DNA from: Candidatus Nomurabacteria bacterium
Lineage (GTDB): Bacteria > Patescibacteriota > Patescibacteriia > UBA1558 > GWA2-36-10
DNA length: 64,000 nt
Direction of reading: 5' to 3'
Assembly (NCBI GenBank): GCA_020632415.1
Contig: JACKFO010000002.1
Coordinates: 450,732-514,731 of the forward strand
The translations under genes were made by a program, and so were the position numbers. Under the pieces are notes generated by a model. The model was not told the DNA's origin and made no database searches. It was given only the letters and a program-made list of their open reading frames with translations. This document shows, one piece after another, positions 9,662-18,076 of this stretch (its first letter is position 1; every line of letters begins with the position of its first letter).

Positions 9662-10114
9662 TTACTTTACTAAATCAAGAGCCTTAATGGCCATTTGCTT
9701 AATACTATCTGGTAAATTAATTAAATTGTTTAACTCTTCTTTATTAAACCACCTAATATCACGACTTTCCAGATTCTTCGTAAAATTATCATCTTCGACT
9801 GTACCTAAATAAAACAAGCAATAATGATCGTGATCACCAACGTTATGGATATTAGCATGAAATGGAAGCGCTAATTTTTCTAGCTCATCCGGACCTTTTT
9901 CAATCTCCATGTCGCTGTATTGCAATAATTTTAAATCTAAGCCCGCCTCCTCTTTTACTTCTCGAATCACCGCCTGATCAGGAGATTCGTTTGGCTCAAT
10001 GTGCCCGCCTGGAAAAAGCCATTTATTTAATTTTGTATGTAACATCAAAAGAACTCTATTATCAAAAATTATACAAGCGCCAACTGTCAAATCTACTTTA
10101 TTTTTTTCTTCCAT
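9662..10114 (-). CDS. NUDIX hydrolase
   Basis: Canonical Nudix box GGHIEPNESPDQAVIREVKEEAGL (Gx5Ex7REUxEExGU). Confidence 0.85.
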   Translation of the reverse strand: MEEKNKVDLTVGACIIFDNRVLLMLHTKLNKWLFPGGHIEPNESPDQAVIREVKEEAGLDLKLLQYSDMEIEKGPDELEKLALPFHANIHNVGDHDHYCLFYLGTVEDDNFTKNLESRDIRWFNKEELNNLINLPDSIKQMAIKALDLVK

Positions 10115-10119
10115 TTATG

Positions 10120-10611
10120 TTATTGATTCTTATACTCCTCTACCTCTTCGTTAAAATATTCTAGTTCAATGCCAGCTTCTTTAAACATTTCCTCGCTTTC
10201 TCCTCCAGCATGGTATTTTTTCTGACAAAATACCTTTTCTATTCCACAATTAATAATCATCATTGCACAAGCACGACAAGGGGTCATTCGACAATACAAA
10301 GTAGCCCGATCCAAAGAAATCCCTAATCGCGCAGCCTGACAAATAGCATTTTGTTCAGCATGAACAGTCCTTAAACAATGTTGGCTTTGATGACCATCTT
10401 CGTGAGTGACTGTTTTCATCAAATGACCAACTTCGTCACAATGCGCAATACCACGTGGAGAACCAACGTAGCCAGTGACCAAAATTTGCTTATCTCTGGC
10501 TACTACACAACCCGAACGACCACGATCACAAGTAGCGCGCTTAGCCACAGTATCTGCTATTTCCATGAAATATTGATCCCAACTAGGACGAATGTATTTT
10601 TCTTCTACCAT
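10120..10611 (-). CDS. dCMP deaminase (ComEB-like cytidine/deoxycytidylate deaminase fold)
   Basis: Zinc-binding HAEQNAI and PCRAC motifs, about 160 aa. Confidence 0.8.
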   Translation of the reverse strand: MVEEKYIRPSWDQYFMEIADTVAKRATCDRGRSGCVVARDKQILVTGYVGSPRGIAHCDEVGHLMKTVTHEDGHQSQHCLRTVHAEQNAICQAARLGISLDRATLYCRMTPCRACAMMIINCGIEKVFCQKKYHAGGESEEMFKEAGIELEYFNEEVEEYKNQ

Positions 10612-10692
10612 AAGTTTAAAATTACTTCTCTTATTTTACCAATCTTTGGCCTCATCCGTAAACATTGACCACTACCAACAAAAATGTTCTAG

Positions 10693-11250
10693 CTAAACTT
10701 CTTTTAGTTTTTTCTCCCAAATTTTATAATCGGGTATGGTTTTAGCCACTAAAGCCCAAAATCTGACTGAATGATTCATTTCTCTTAAATGACACAATTC
10801 ATGAACTACCACGCAATCTGACAATTCCGCTGGTAATAAACAGAGGCGATAATTAAAATTAAGATTTTTTTGGCTAGAGCATGAGCCCCAACGGCTTTTT
10901 TGATTACGAATTGCCACTCGCTGATATTCAAAATTATAAAACTGATTAAAATATTTTAAACGTTCCTCTACTAATTTTCTGGTTTGTTGCTTGTATTTTT
11001 TTATTTCAGCTGCGCTGTGCTTTTCTTTAAAAATACTTTCTTTTTTCTCTAAAGCTTCGATATTTTTTTCTAGCCAATCTTTGCGACTCAACAAAAACTT
11101 TTTGATTAAAAAAAACGGATAACTTTTACCCGCTGTCACTTGCAAGCTACCATCCAAATCCAAACTCAAACGAATGTATTTAGCAAATTTTCGTCTTTTT
11201 AAAATAAACTGATATTCTTGTTGTCCGATTAGCAAAGTTTTAACTTCCAT
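10693..11250 (-). CDS. YgjP-like (DUF45/M48-related) metal-dependent hydrolase
   Basis: VVVHELCHLREMNHSVRFWALV matches the YgjP HELxHLxExNH signature. Confidence 0.65.
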   Translation of the reverse strand: MEVKTLLIGQQEYQFILKRRKFAKYIRLSLDLDGSLQVTAGKSYPFFLIKKFLLSRKDWLEKNIEALEKKESIFKEKHSAAEIKKYKQQTRKLVEERLKYFNQFYNFEYQRVAIRNQKSRWGSCSSQKNLNFNYRLCLLPAELSDCVVVHELCHLREMNHSVRFWALVAKTIPDYKIWEKKLKEV

Positions 11251-11255
11251 GAAAA

Positions 11256-11663
11256 TTAAAATTTCTGCAAATTATCTACTAAAACAGCTTGTGCGCTTTC
11301 GGTGTAGGCTCGCATCAAACCACCAACACCTAATTTTACACCGCCAAAATATCTAACTACCACAATTGCACAATCTATCGCTTCTTTTTTTTGTAATAAA
11401 AATAACAAAGGCTTTCCAGCAGAACCAGAAGGCTCTTTATCATCGGTATATTTTTCTCTTAACACACCGCTCTCCTGAAAACGATAAGCCCAAACAAAAT
11501 GTCGTGCATCTTTGTATTCTTTTTTTAAAAACGCTATTTTTTCTTTAAATTCTTCTTCTGATTTTATCACAAAACAAAAACCTAAAAATTTAGATTTTTT
11601 AATCTCTATTTTTGACTGCTTCTCGGTGATAATTTTCATGCCAAAATTATTGTTCGTCAACAA
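11256..11663 (-). CDS. yigZ: IMPACT/YigZ family protein (UPF0029 N-domain)
   Basis: TDDKEPSGSAGKPLL...VVVRYFGGVKLGVGGLMRAY signature. Confidence 0.75.
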   Translation of the reverse strand: MLTNNNFGMKIITEKQSKIEIKKSKFLGFCFVIKSEEEFKEKIAFLKKEYKDARHFVWAYRFQESGVLREKYTDDKEPSGSAGKPLLFLLQKKEAIDCAIVVVRYFGGVKLGVGGLMRAYTESAQAVLVDNLQKF

Positions 11664-11895
11664 CCTCTCTTTTTTTCTCGTTCTTTTTATCTAGACCATT
11701 CCAAAAAGAAAAACCCTTGCACCAGGCATTATGCTCATCACCACGGTTTAATAAATCCAAACCAAAAAGGATTAATAAAACCGGCAAAACATAACCCCAA
11801 AAACTACCGTTAATAATACCCATTTGTTGCAAAAGCCATAAGATGCCGATAATCACCAACATTAGGCCAACTGACATAAATTTCTTTTGTTTCAT
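11647..11895 (-). CDS. Small two-TM membrane protein, unknown function
   Basis: 82 aa with two hydrophobic helices. First gene of the minus-strand operon. Confidence 0.4.
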   Translation of the reverse strand: MKQKKFMSVGLMLVIIGILWLLQQMGIINGSFWGYVLPVLLILFGLDLLNRGDEHNAWCKGFSFWNGLDKKNEKKREVVDEQ

Positions 11896-11964
11896 ATGAT
11901 TAATTTAAATTTTAATGATTATAAAGATATTTTACTATTTAGCCTCACTTAAAGCAAGAAAAAA

Positions 11965-12071
11965 CCTGCCATCCACTGGGCTACCTGTCATGTTTGCATC
12001 TCACGGATCAATTAACAAGGAGGGGTGTTAATAATCTTAAAATGCAGACAGATAGCCCACTAAACAGCAGG
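11965..12071 (+). ncRNA. Candidate structured RNA or 5'-leader element: GC-enriched imperfect hairpin of about 107 nt (strand not established)
   Basis: 5' arm CCTGCCATCCACTGGGCTACCTGTC pairs with 3' arm GACAGATAGCCCACTAAACAGCAGG. An inner UGCAU/AUGCA pairing and an apical stem ATTAACA-[AGGAGGGG]-TGTTAAT are present. GC is well above the local intergenic background. Confidence 0.2.
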
Positions 12072-12100
12072 TCTTAGGGTCTCGTCAAAATTAAATATTT

Positions 12101-15100
12101 GTGCTAAACTCAGGAAAGTTTTCCGAAGTCTTGGGACACAAAATTATCATAAGCAAAATCGTTTGTCAAATGTGGAAAACTTACTTTGTAGCCACTCAAA
12201 CTGAGGCTACGCACCAAACTTTAGCAGCACTTTCAAGCCCCCTCAAAAATCAAAATGGGGTGACTTTGTGGTGCCTAGAAAACAATCAACAAATCAAAGC
12301 TCACGCCGATTTACTAAATTTTTGGAAAGATCTTGACCGTCATCAATTCAAAATCCTCACTTGGCCTGATCAAGAAGAGCCAAGCTTAAATCTCTTGCAA
12401 GCAATTTTTGAAAATCAAAAAGCCATTGTTTTGACTAGTATTCAAAATTTAGGCCTATCTGTTCCTGCTTGGGATTTTTTAAAAAGTAATCGCCTCAATT
12501 TAGAAACCAAAGAAAAAATCAATCTTTTTGAACTAAGTGAAAATTTAATCGCTTTGGGCCTAGAACGAACAGAAGAAGTTTGGCAAGAAAATAACTTTAG
12601 CATCAAAGGAAGCTTAATTAGTATTTATCAAAATCAAACTATTTATCGTTTCAATCTTTGGGAAGATAAAATTGAAGAAATTAATCAAATCAATCCTCAT
12701 GATCTAGATCAAGTCAAAAAAATAAATCAATTTTTTGTTTGGCCCCAAAAGATCAATAGAAAAGAACAACTTGATTTACACTTACCAAAAAATTGTCTTT
12801 TAATTACTAATGAAAAATACTCTTCAGAAATTAAAGAGCTAACTAATGACAAAATTATTTTTGATCCTTTCAAAAATAAAGCTGACTTAAATTTTGTCAC
12901 TGAAAATCTAAATTTTCAACATCTCGATACCAAGCAACGTTTAGAGTCATTAAAAGAAGAAAAAATTCAAAAAATTATCTGGTTTACTAAAAATAAAAAT
13001 TTAGCCAAAGAATTTTTAACAGAAGAAAAAATTAAGCCAAACTTTATCCAACTAGAAAAATCAGCTCCTTGGCCAGCTAGTTTTTATCTAGCAGCGGAAA
13101 AAACCATTTTGGTTAACGATAATTTATTTTTCTTAGAAAACACGGAAAAAAACTTAAGTCAACAACGACAAGCCTTCAGTCTAGACTTTCAACTTGGTGA
13201 TTTAGTGGTTCATCGTGACCATGGAATCGCACGCTTAGAAAAAACAACAACTTTAGAAGTTGATGGTTTAAATAAAGAATATTTTGTTTTAAAATATGCA
13301 CAAAATGATACTTTGTTTGTTCCTTTTGATTTGGCTGATAAACTAGAAAAATACATTGGTCCAAGCAACCCAAAAATCAATCGCCTTTCCAAAGATAACG
13401 CTTGGCCTCAAACTTTACGAAAAATAAAACAAGAAACCTGGGAGCTTGCCAATCAACTATTAATTATCGAGGCAACTAGAAAACTCCACCAAACCCCAAA
13501 AATTAAAAAATCTACTTTAACTGAAGCGGTAGCAAAAAACTTTCCTTATCAAGAAACCGCTAGCCAAAAACAAGCAATTGAAGATGTTTTTGCTGATCTT
13601 GACTCCCCTCTACCAGCCGATCGACTGATCTGTGGTGACGTTGGCTTTGGTAAAACTGAAATTGCCATTCGCGCTGCCGCGGCCACAGTTGATAATAATT
13701 TTCAAGTTGCTCTCTTGTGTCCAACGACAATTTTGGCTCAACAACACTATGATTTATTCGTCAAAAGATTAGAGAGCTTAGGAGTAAAAATAGCCTTGCT
13801 AAGTCGCTGGCAAAATGAAAAAGAAATTAAAAAAAATATTCAAGAAATCAAAGAAGGAAAGGTGGATATTATAATTGGTACGCATCGTATTTTGTCCAAA
13901 GATATTTTAATTCCGAAATTACAACTTTTGATTATCGATGAAGAACAAAATTTTGGTGTTGAAGACAAAGAAAAACTCAAAAAACACAAAAGTCAAATTA
14001 ATGTTTTAACCTTATCAGCTACACCAATTCCCCGTACCTTAAACATGGCACTGTCTTTAATTAAAGACATTTCTCTAATCACTGATCCGATTAATAACCG
14101 TCAAGACATTATTACTGAGGTCAAAATGCTTAGCGATGAAGTAATTAAAACAGCAATCGCCACAGAACTAAAGAGAAAAGGTCAGGTTTATTTTTTACAT
14201 AATCGCGTAGAGACAATTAGTCTAGCTTATAAAAAAATACAAAAACTATTCCCAAAAAATAAAATTGCCCTTGCTCATGGACAGCTAGATGATAAAACTT
14301 TAGCAACAACAATGCACGCTTTTGATTCGGGAGAAATAGACATTTTAGTTTGTTCAACGATCATTGCCAATGGCTTGGATATCGCTAACGCCAACACGCT
14401 GATTGTCACCGAAGCTGATCGCTTTGGCCTTTCTCAACTCCACCAACTACGTGGCCGAATCGGACGATCAAAACAACAAGCTTATGCTTATTTTCTTTAC
14501 AGCAAAGACAGATTAAGCGCTTTAAGCCAACAAAGACTAGCTCATCTCAAGTTAGCCAGCTCTTTAGGTGATGGCTTCAAGATTGCCAATAAAGATTTGG
14601 AATTACGTGGCGTTGGCCAAATTTTAGGTAAAGCGCAATCAGGAAAAGTAAAAAGTATCGGCTTGGGACTCTATCAACAATTAATTTCTGAAACCGTTGC
14701 CGAACTTAAAGGTCAAATTTTAAAACCATGGAAAGATTTGGAAATCAAGTTAAAAATTCCAACTGAACTACCGCGCAATTTCTTTAGTAATCCGGAAGAA
14801 AAAATATTTTTCTTTCAGAAAATCAGTCGTTTAAAAAATCTAGAAGACTTAAAAAAAGCCAAAAATAAATCAAGTGACCATCATTATCAAAATATTTTAT
14901 TTTTACAAAAATTAAAAATTTTATCTCAAGACACGAATATTATTAGCATTCAAGAGTATTCACAAAACCAAAAAGAATTCTTGAGCTTAAATTTCTTAGG
15001 AAAAATTGATCTCAAAAAAATCGTCGAATTACAAAAACAAAATTCTCATTGGCGATACAACGAGCAACAAATTAAAATCGAAAAAAATCAGCTTGGCGCC

Positions 15101-15148
15101 AATCTTCAACAAGCTTTAGAAGACTTAATCATTCTTTTAAAAAGGTAA
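12101..15148 (+). CDS. mfd: Transcription-repair coupling factor Mfd (start uncertain; the ORF track uses GTG)
   Basis: CarD/TRCF RNAP-interaction domain (LGDLVVHRDHGIARL), SF2 helicase motifs GDVGFGKTE, DEEQNFGV, LSATPIPRTL, QLRGRIGR, and a C-terminal TRCF domain. Confidence 0.8.
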   Translation: MLNSGKFSEVLGHKIIISKIVCQMWKTYFVATQTEATHQTLAALSSPLKNQNGVTLWCLENNQQIKAHADLLNFWKDLDRHQFKILTWPDQEEPSLNLLQAIFENQKAIVLTSIQNLGLSVPAWDFLKSNRLNLETKEKINLFELSENLIALGLERTEEVWQENNFSIKGSLISIYQNQTIYRFNLWEDKIEEINQINPHDLDQVKKINQFFVWPQKINRKEQLDLHLPKNCLLITNEKYSSEIKELTNDKIIFDPFKNKADLNFVTENLNFQHLDTKQRLESLKEEKIQKIIWFTKNKNLAKEFLTEEKIKPNFIQLEKSAPWPASFYLAAEKTILVNDNLFFLENTEKNLSQQRQAFSLDFQLGDLVVHRDHGIARLEKTTTLEVDGLNKEYFVLKYAQNDTLFVPFDLADKLEKYIGPSNPKINRLSKDNAWPQTLRKIKQETWELANQLLIIEATRKLHQTPKIKKSTLTEAVAKNFPYQETASQKQAIEDVFADLDSPLPADRLICGDVGFGKTEIAIRAAAATVDNNFQVALLCPTTILAQQHYDLFVKRLESLGVKIALLSRWQNEKEIKKNIQEIKEGKVDIIIGTHRILSKDILIPKLQLLIIDEEQNFGVEDKEKLKKHKSQINVLTLSATPIPRTLNMALSLIKDISLITDPINNRQDIITEVKMLSDEVIKTAIATELKRKGQVYFLHNRVETISLAYKKIQKLFPKNKIALAHGQLDDKTLATTMHAFDSGEIDILVCSTIIANGLDIANANTLIVTEADRFGLSQLHQLRGRIGRSKQQAYAYFLYSKDRLSALSQQRLAHLKLASSLGDGFKIANKDLELRGVGQILGKAQSGKVKSIGLGLYQQLISETVAELKGQILKPWKDLEIKLKIPTELPRNFFSNPEEKIFFFQKISRLKNLEDLKKAKNKSSDHHYQNILFLQKLKILSQDTNIISIQEYSQNQKEFLSLNFLGKIDLKKIVELQKQNSHWRYNEQQIKIEKNQLGANLQQALEDLIILLKR

Positions 15149-15172
15149 AGCCCGAGGTTCAGACCTCGAGCT

Positions 15173-15409
15173 TTAGTGAAACAGCGTGCCTTGAGAAGAC
15201 AAGATCTCTTCTTCAGGATCAGGAGTCCCTAACCTCTCGAAAAACAGACGACGGCTGTGGTAGTTCTGCAAAGCCTGCCAAGCAGAAAACAACACATCCG
15301 CTTTCTTTTCTCTTAGAAGAGCCTTGGTCACTCCCTTGATCCCGTGCAAACGACAGCAGTCAAGAACGTTCTGGATCAACTGATCCTTGTAAATGCCTCG
15401 ACGATACAT
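15173..15409 (-). CDS. Hypothetical 78-aa protein encoded in a GC-rich island (possible foreign fragment or non-coding)
   Basis: ORF with GC content far above the window average and use of CTG/CAG/GTG codons. No recognisable motifs. Confidence 0.3.
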   Translation of the reverse strand: MYRRGIYKDQLIQNVLDCCRLHGIKGVTKALLREKKADVLFSAWQALQNYHSRRLFFERLGTPDPEEEILSSQGTLFH

Positions 15410-15512
15410 CTGACTCCTCCGCTGTCTTGATGAACTTCTTACTCAAATCAAAACATATAACAGTCTTTTTGTCAATCTAAAAACAAAAAAGTCTTTAAAA
15501 AAAGCGTTAAAT

Positions 15513-15995
15513 GTGCTACATTACCAGTGTTCAATGAATAATATGCCAAATTTAGCTGACAACAAACAGGCCTTGTATGATTATCAAATTTTAGAAGAAT
15601 TTGAGGCTGGCTTGGTATTGTCTGGCCCAGAAGTAAAATCCGTTAAATTAGGACATTTAAGCCTCAAAGGCAGTTTTGTTTCTATTAAAGATGGCCGGGC
15701 ATACTTAAAAAACATGCATATTTCCAGCTACAAAAAGGCAAAATTAAGCCAAAGAGACTATCAAGCAGAACATGATCGTCAATTGCTGCTAAAAAAGAAA
15801 GAAGTCGATTATTTATTGGGCAAAAGCAAGGAAAAAGCCTTGACAATTGTGCCTATTTCGGTGTATACTACGCGAAGGTTAATCAAAGTAAAAATTGCCC
15901 TTGCTCGTGGCAAAAAGAAATTTGATAAACGCCAGGCGATTAAAACTCGTGATTTGAATCGAGAAATTGCTCGCAAATTGAAAACTTTATCTTAA
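15513..15995 (+). CDS. smpB: SsrA-binding protein SmpB (the true start may be an internal Met at about 15534-15543)
   Basis: ALYDYQILEEFEAGLVLSGPEVKSVK...GSFVSIKDGRAYL matches the SmpB core. The stop codon is 1 nt before the tmRNA 5' end. Confidence 0.85.
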   Translation: MLHYQCSMNNMPNLADNKQALYDYQILEEFEAGLVLSGPEVKSVKLGHLSLKGSFVSIKDGRAYLKNMHISSYKKAKLSQRDYQAEHDRQLLLKKKEVDYLLGKSKEKALTIVPISVYTTRRLIKVKIALARGKKKFDKRQAIKTRDLNREIARKLKTLS

Positions 15996-15996
15996 G

Positions 15997-16381
15997 GGGA
16001 TGTTTTATATTCGATGCTAAATGAAATAACGTGCCGCAGGTTGAGCTGATTAACTCACAAAACTGATCAAAACTAATAAGTGCAAAAAACTTATTTGCGA
16101 AAGCCAAAGAACTTTTCCAAGTTCCTCAACTTTCACCAGTTTTAGCCTAAACTGCTAAAACCGTCCTCGGCATTGAGCTTCAAGGGTGCCTAGAGGGCGT
16201 CATAAACTTGAAACTAGAAATATCTTGCGTTAGCCTAGATATTTCGAACCCAAAGCTAACTTAGGTCAATTGTTTTTTGTTGTTTTTTAAGCTTTTGATC
16301 GAATCAAAAAAAATAACTAAACTTGTAGACGTGTGTTAAGACATTTATCAGACAGGGGCGTGATTCCCCTCATCTCCACCA
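15997..16381 (+). ncRNA. ssrA: tmRNA (ssrA)
   Basis: The 5' GGGGAUG pairs with the 3' CAUCUCC-ACCA acceptor including the conserved G3:U70 wobble. T-arm-like GGGGCGUGAUUCCCCUC and a 3' CCA are present. Candidate tag reading frame ends ...LSPVLA-UAA at 16148-16150. The gene is immediately downstream of smpB. Confidence 0.85.
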
Positions 16382-16468
16382 AAAAATAAAAAATCACAGC
16401 AATAAAATTTTATCTTTACAACTTGTTAAATTCTCTAAAAGAAAAAACAAGACCAATTTTATTTAAAA

Positions 16469-17011
16469 ATTAAAAATACCGTCATTAGAACCAAAAGACA
16501 TTTCAACAAACCAAAGATAGCTGCCAAAAAATTTTGGATCAATGGCCAAATTCGTGCCGTTGAAGTGGTAGTAATTAATGAACAAGGAGATAACTTGGGG
16601 ACTTTTCCAACTCGCCAAGCAATCGACATGGCCAAAGAAAAAGACCTAGATTTAATCGAAGTCGCTCCTCTGGCCAAGCCACCGGTTTGTAAAATAATGG
16701 ATTACGGTAGATTCCAGTACCAACAAAGTCGTAGTCAACCAAAAGCTAAAAAAGTAGAAACTAAAGGTTTAAGATTATCTTTCAAGATCGGTCAACATGA
16801 CATGGAAGTTCGTCAAAAACAAACTGAAAAATTTTTTAGCCAAGGACACAAAGTAAAAATTGAACTACGCCTAAAAGGCCGTGAAAAAGCTTTTAAAGAC
16901 CGTGCCCGTGAAGTAATGGAACAATTCTTAGAAGGTTTAAGTAGCTATAAAATAGAAGCCCCCTTAAAACAACAAGGCGGAACATTAACCATAATTATCA
17001 GTAAAAAATAA
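16469..17011 (+). CDS. infC: Translation initiation factor IF-3, with non-canonical AUU start (the ORF track began at an internal GTG, 16565)
   Basis: Translation from ATT at 16469 gives IKNTVIRTKRHF...INGQIRAVEVVVINEQGDNLG...PPVCKIMDYGRF, colinear with E. coli IF-3, whose start is ATT AAA. The in-frame stop upstream is at 16436. Confidence 0.8.
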   Translation: MKNTVIRTKRHFNKPKIAAKKFWINGQIRAVEVVVINEQGDNLGTFPTRQAIDMAKEKDLDLIEVAPLAKPPVCKIMDYGRFQYQQSRSQPKAKKVETKGLRLSFKIGQHDMEVRQKQTEKFFSQGHKVKIELRLKGREKAFKDRAREVMEQFLEGLSSYKIEAPLKQQGGTLTIIISKK

Positions 17012-17015
17012 AGCA

Positions 17016-17210
17016 ATGAAGTTGAAGACTAAAAAAGCTTTAAAGAAAAGAGTAAAAATTACCGGAAGTAAAAAAGTAGTCATCCGTACTGGTGGCCAAG
17101 ATCATTTTAATTCCCGAGAAACTGGAAAGGTCAAACGTAACAAGCGCCGTGATAAAACCATATCAGAGGTCAATGTTAAAAATGTCAAACAACTTTTACC
17201 TTATTTATAA
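17016..17210 (+). CDS. rpmI: 50S ribosomal protein L35
   Basis: 64 aa, basic, MKLKTKKALKKRVKITGSKKV pattern, located between infC and rplT. Confidence 0.8.
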   Translation: MKLKTKKALKKRVKITGSKKVVIRTGGQDHFNSRETGKVKRNKRRDKTISEVNVKNVKQLLPYL

Positions 17211-17234
17211 ATTGTTAAGTAATAAACTAAAGCT

Positions 17235-17582
17235 ATGCCAAGAGTAAAAAGAGGCGTCACTCATGTCAAACATAGAAAGAATATCCTTAAAAAAACTAAG
17301 GGTTATAATTGGGGCCGTAAAAAATTAATCAAACTTGCTAAAACCGCCGTCAACAAAGCTGGTCAACATGCTTTAGCTGATCGTCGTAAAAAGAAAAGAG
17401 TTATGCGTAGATTATGGCAAACACAGCTTAATGCTGCTGTTAGAGAACTAGGCTTAAGCTACTCAAAATTCATTGATCTATTAAAGAAAAGTGGTTCAGA
17501 ATTAGACCGAAAAGTTTTGTCTCAACTAGCCCAAACAAACCCTAAGGCCTTTGCAAATCTAGTGAATGGCCTAAAGAAATAA
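17235..17582 (+). CDS. rplT: 50S ribosomal protein L20
   Basis: MPRVKRGV..HRK.ILK..KGY...R...AGQHA..DRR.KKR..R.LW matches the L20 consensus. Confidence 0.9.
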   Translation: MPRVKRGVTHVKHRKNILKKTKGYNWGRKKLIKLAKTAVNKAGQHALADRRKKKRVMRRLWQTQLNAAVRELGLSYSKFIDLLKKSGSELDRKVLSQLAQTNPKAFANLVNGLKK

Positions 17583-17600
17583 ATTTACTTTATAACACAA

Positions 17601-17628
17601 AACAGCCGAGCTAAGCTCGGCTGTTTTT
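17601..17628 (+). terminator. Rho-independent terminator after rplT
   Basis: AACAGCCGAGCT-AAGCTCGGCTGTTTTT hairpin plus T-run. Confidence 0.7.
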
Positions 17629-17640
17629 AGATTTAAAAAA

Positions 17641-18018
17641 CTAGTCAAATAAATTTTTCCGCTGCTTGATAAATAAAAATACTCCCAAAAATACTCCCAG
17701 AGAATCAATCAAAATATCAGTTGCTTGCCCTGAACGACCAATTACACTCATCTGATGAAACTCATCGGTAAAAGCATAGAAAATAATTGCAAGTACCACA
17801 AAAAGCAGGTAGTGCCTTTGCGTACTATTTAAACTTCTAGCCACCAAATAAGTCAAAATAGCAAAAACTGTCACATGAGCCAATTTACGTAAAATTAAAT
17901 CTTGCCAAGTTTCCAGGCCACTAGCTAAATTTGGTACTGACGATAAATAAAAAATGAACCCTCCCCAAATTGCTGCCGCCAATAAAAACAACAATCTTCT
18001 TTGATTAGCAGTTAACAT
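17641..18018 (-). CDS. VanZ-like family membrane protein. Start placed at the internal Met; the longer ORF-track N-terminus is just the translation of tRNA-Asp.
   Basis: Four TM helices with a conserved DEFHQ motif typical of the VanZ family. The upstream 48 codons of the track ORF overlap the tRNA gene. Confidence 0.6.
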   Translation of the reverse strand: MLTANQRRLLFLLAAAIWGGFIFYLSSVPNLASGLETWQDLILRKLAHVTVFAILTYLVARSLNSTQRHYLLFVVLAIIFYAFTDEFHQMSVIGRSGQATDILIDSLGVFLGVFLFIKQRKNLFD

Positions 18019-18076
18019 ATCATTTAGTATAACAAAAAATCGCCAAATTGGCGACTTGCTAAGTCTTATATTTGTC

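Noticed and set aside
11965-12071. SRP (4.5S) RNA identity for the GC-rich intergenic hairpin
   Set aside because: Size and single-hairpin shape fit. However, the conserved domain-IV features (GNRA tetraloop, GGAA...AAGCAGC symmetric loop) are absent, so it is kept only as an unclassified candidate element.
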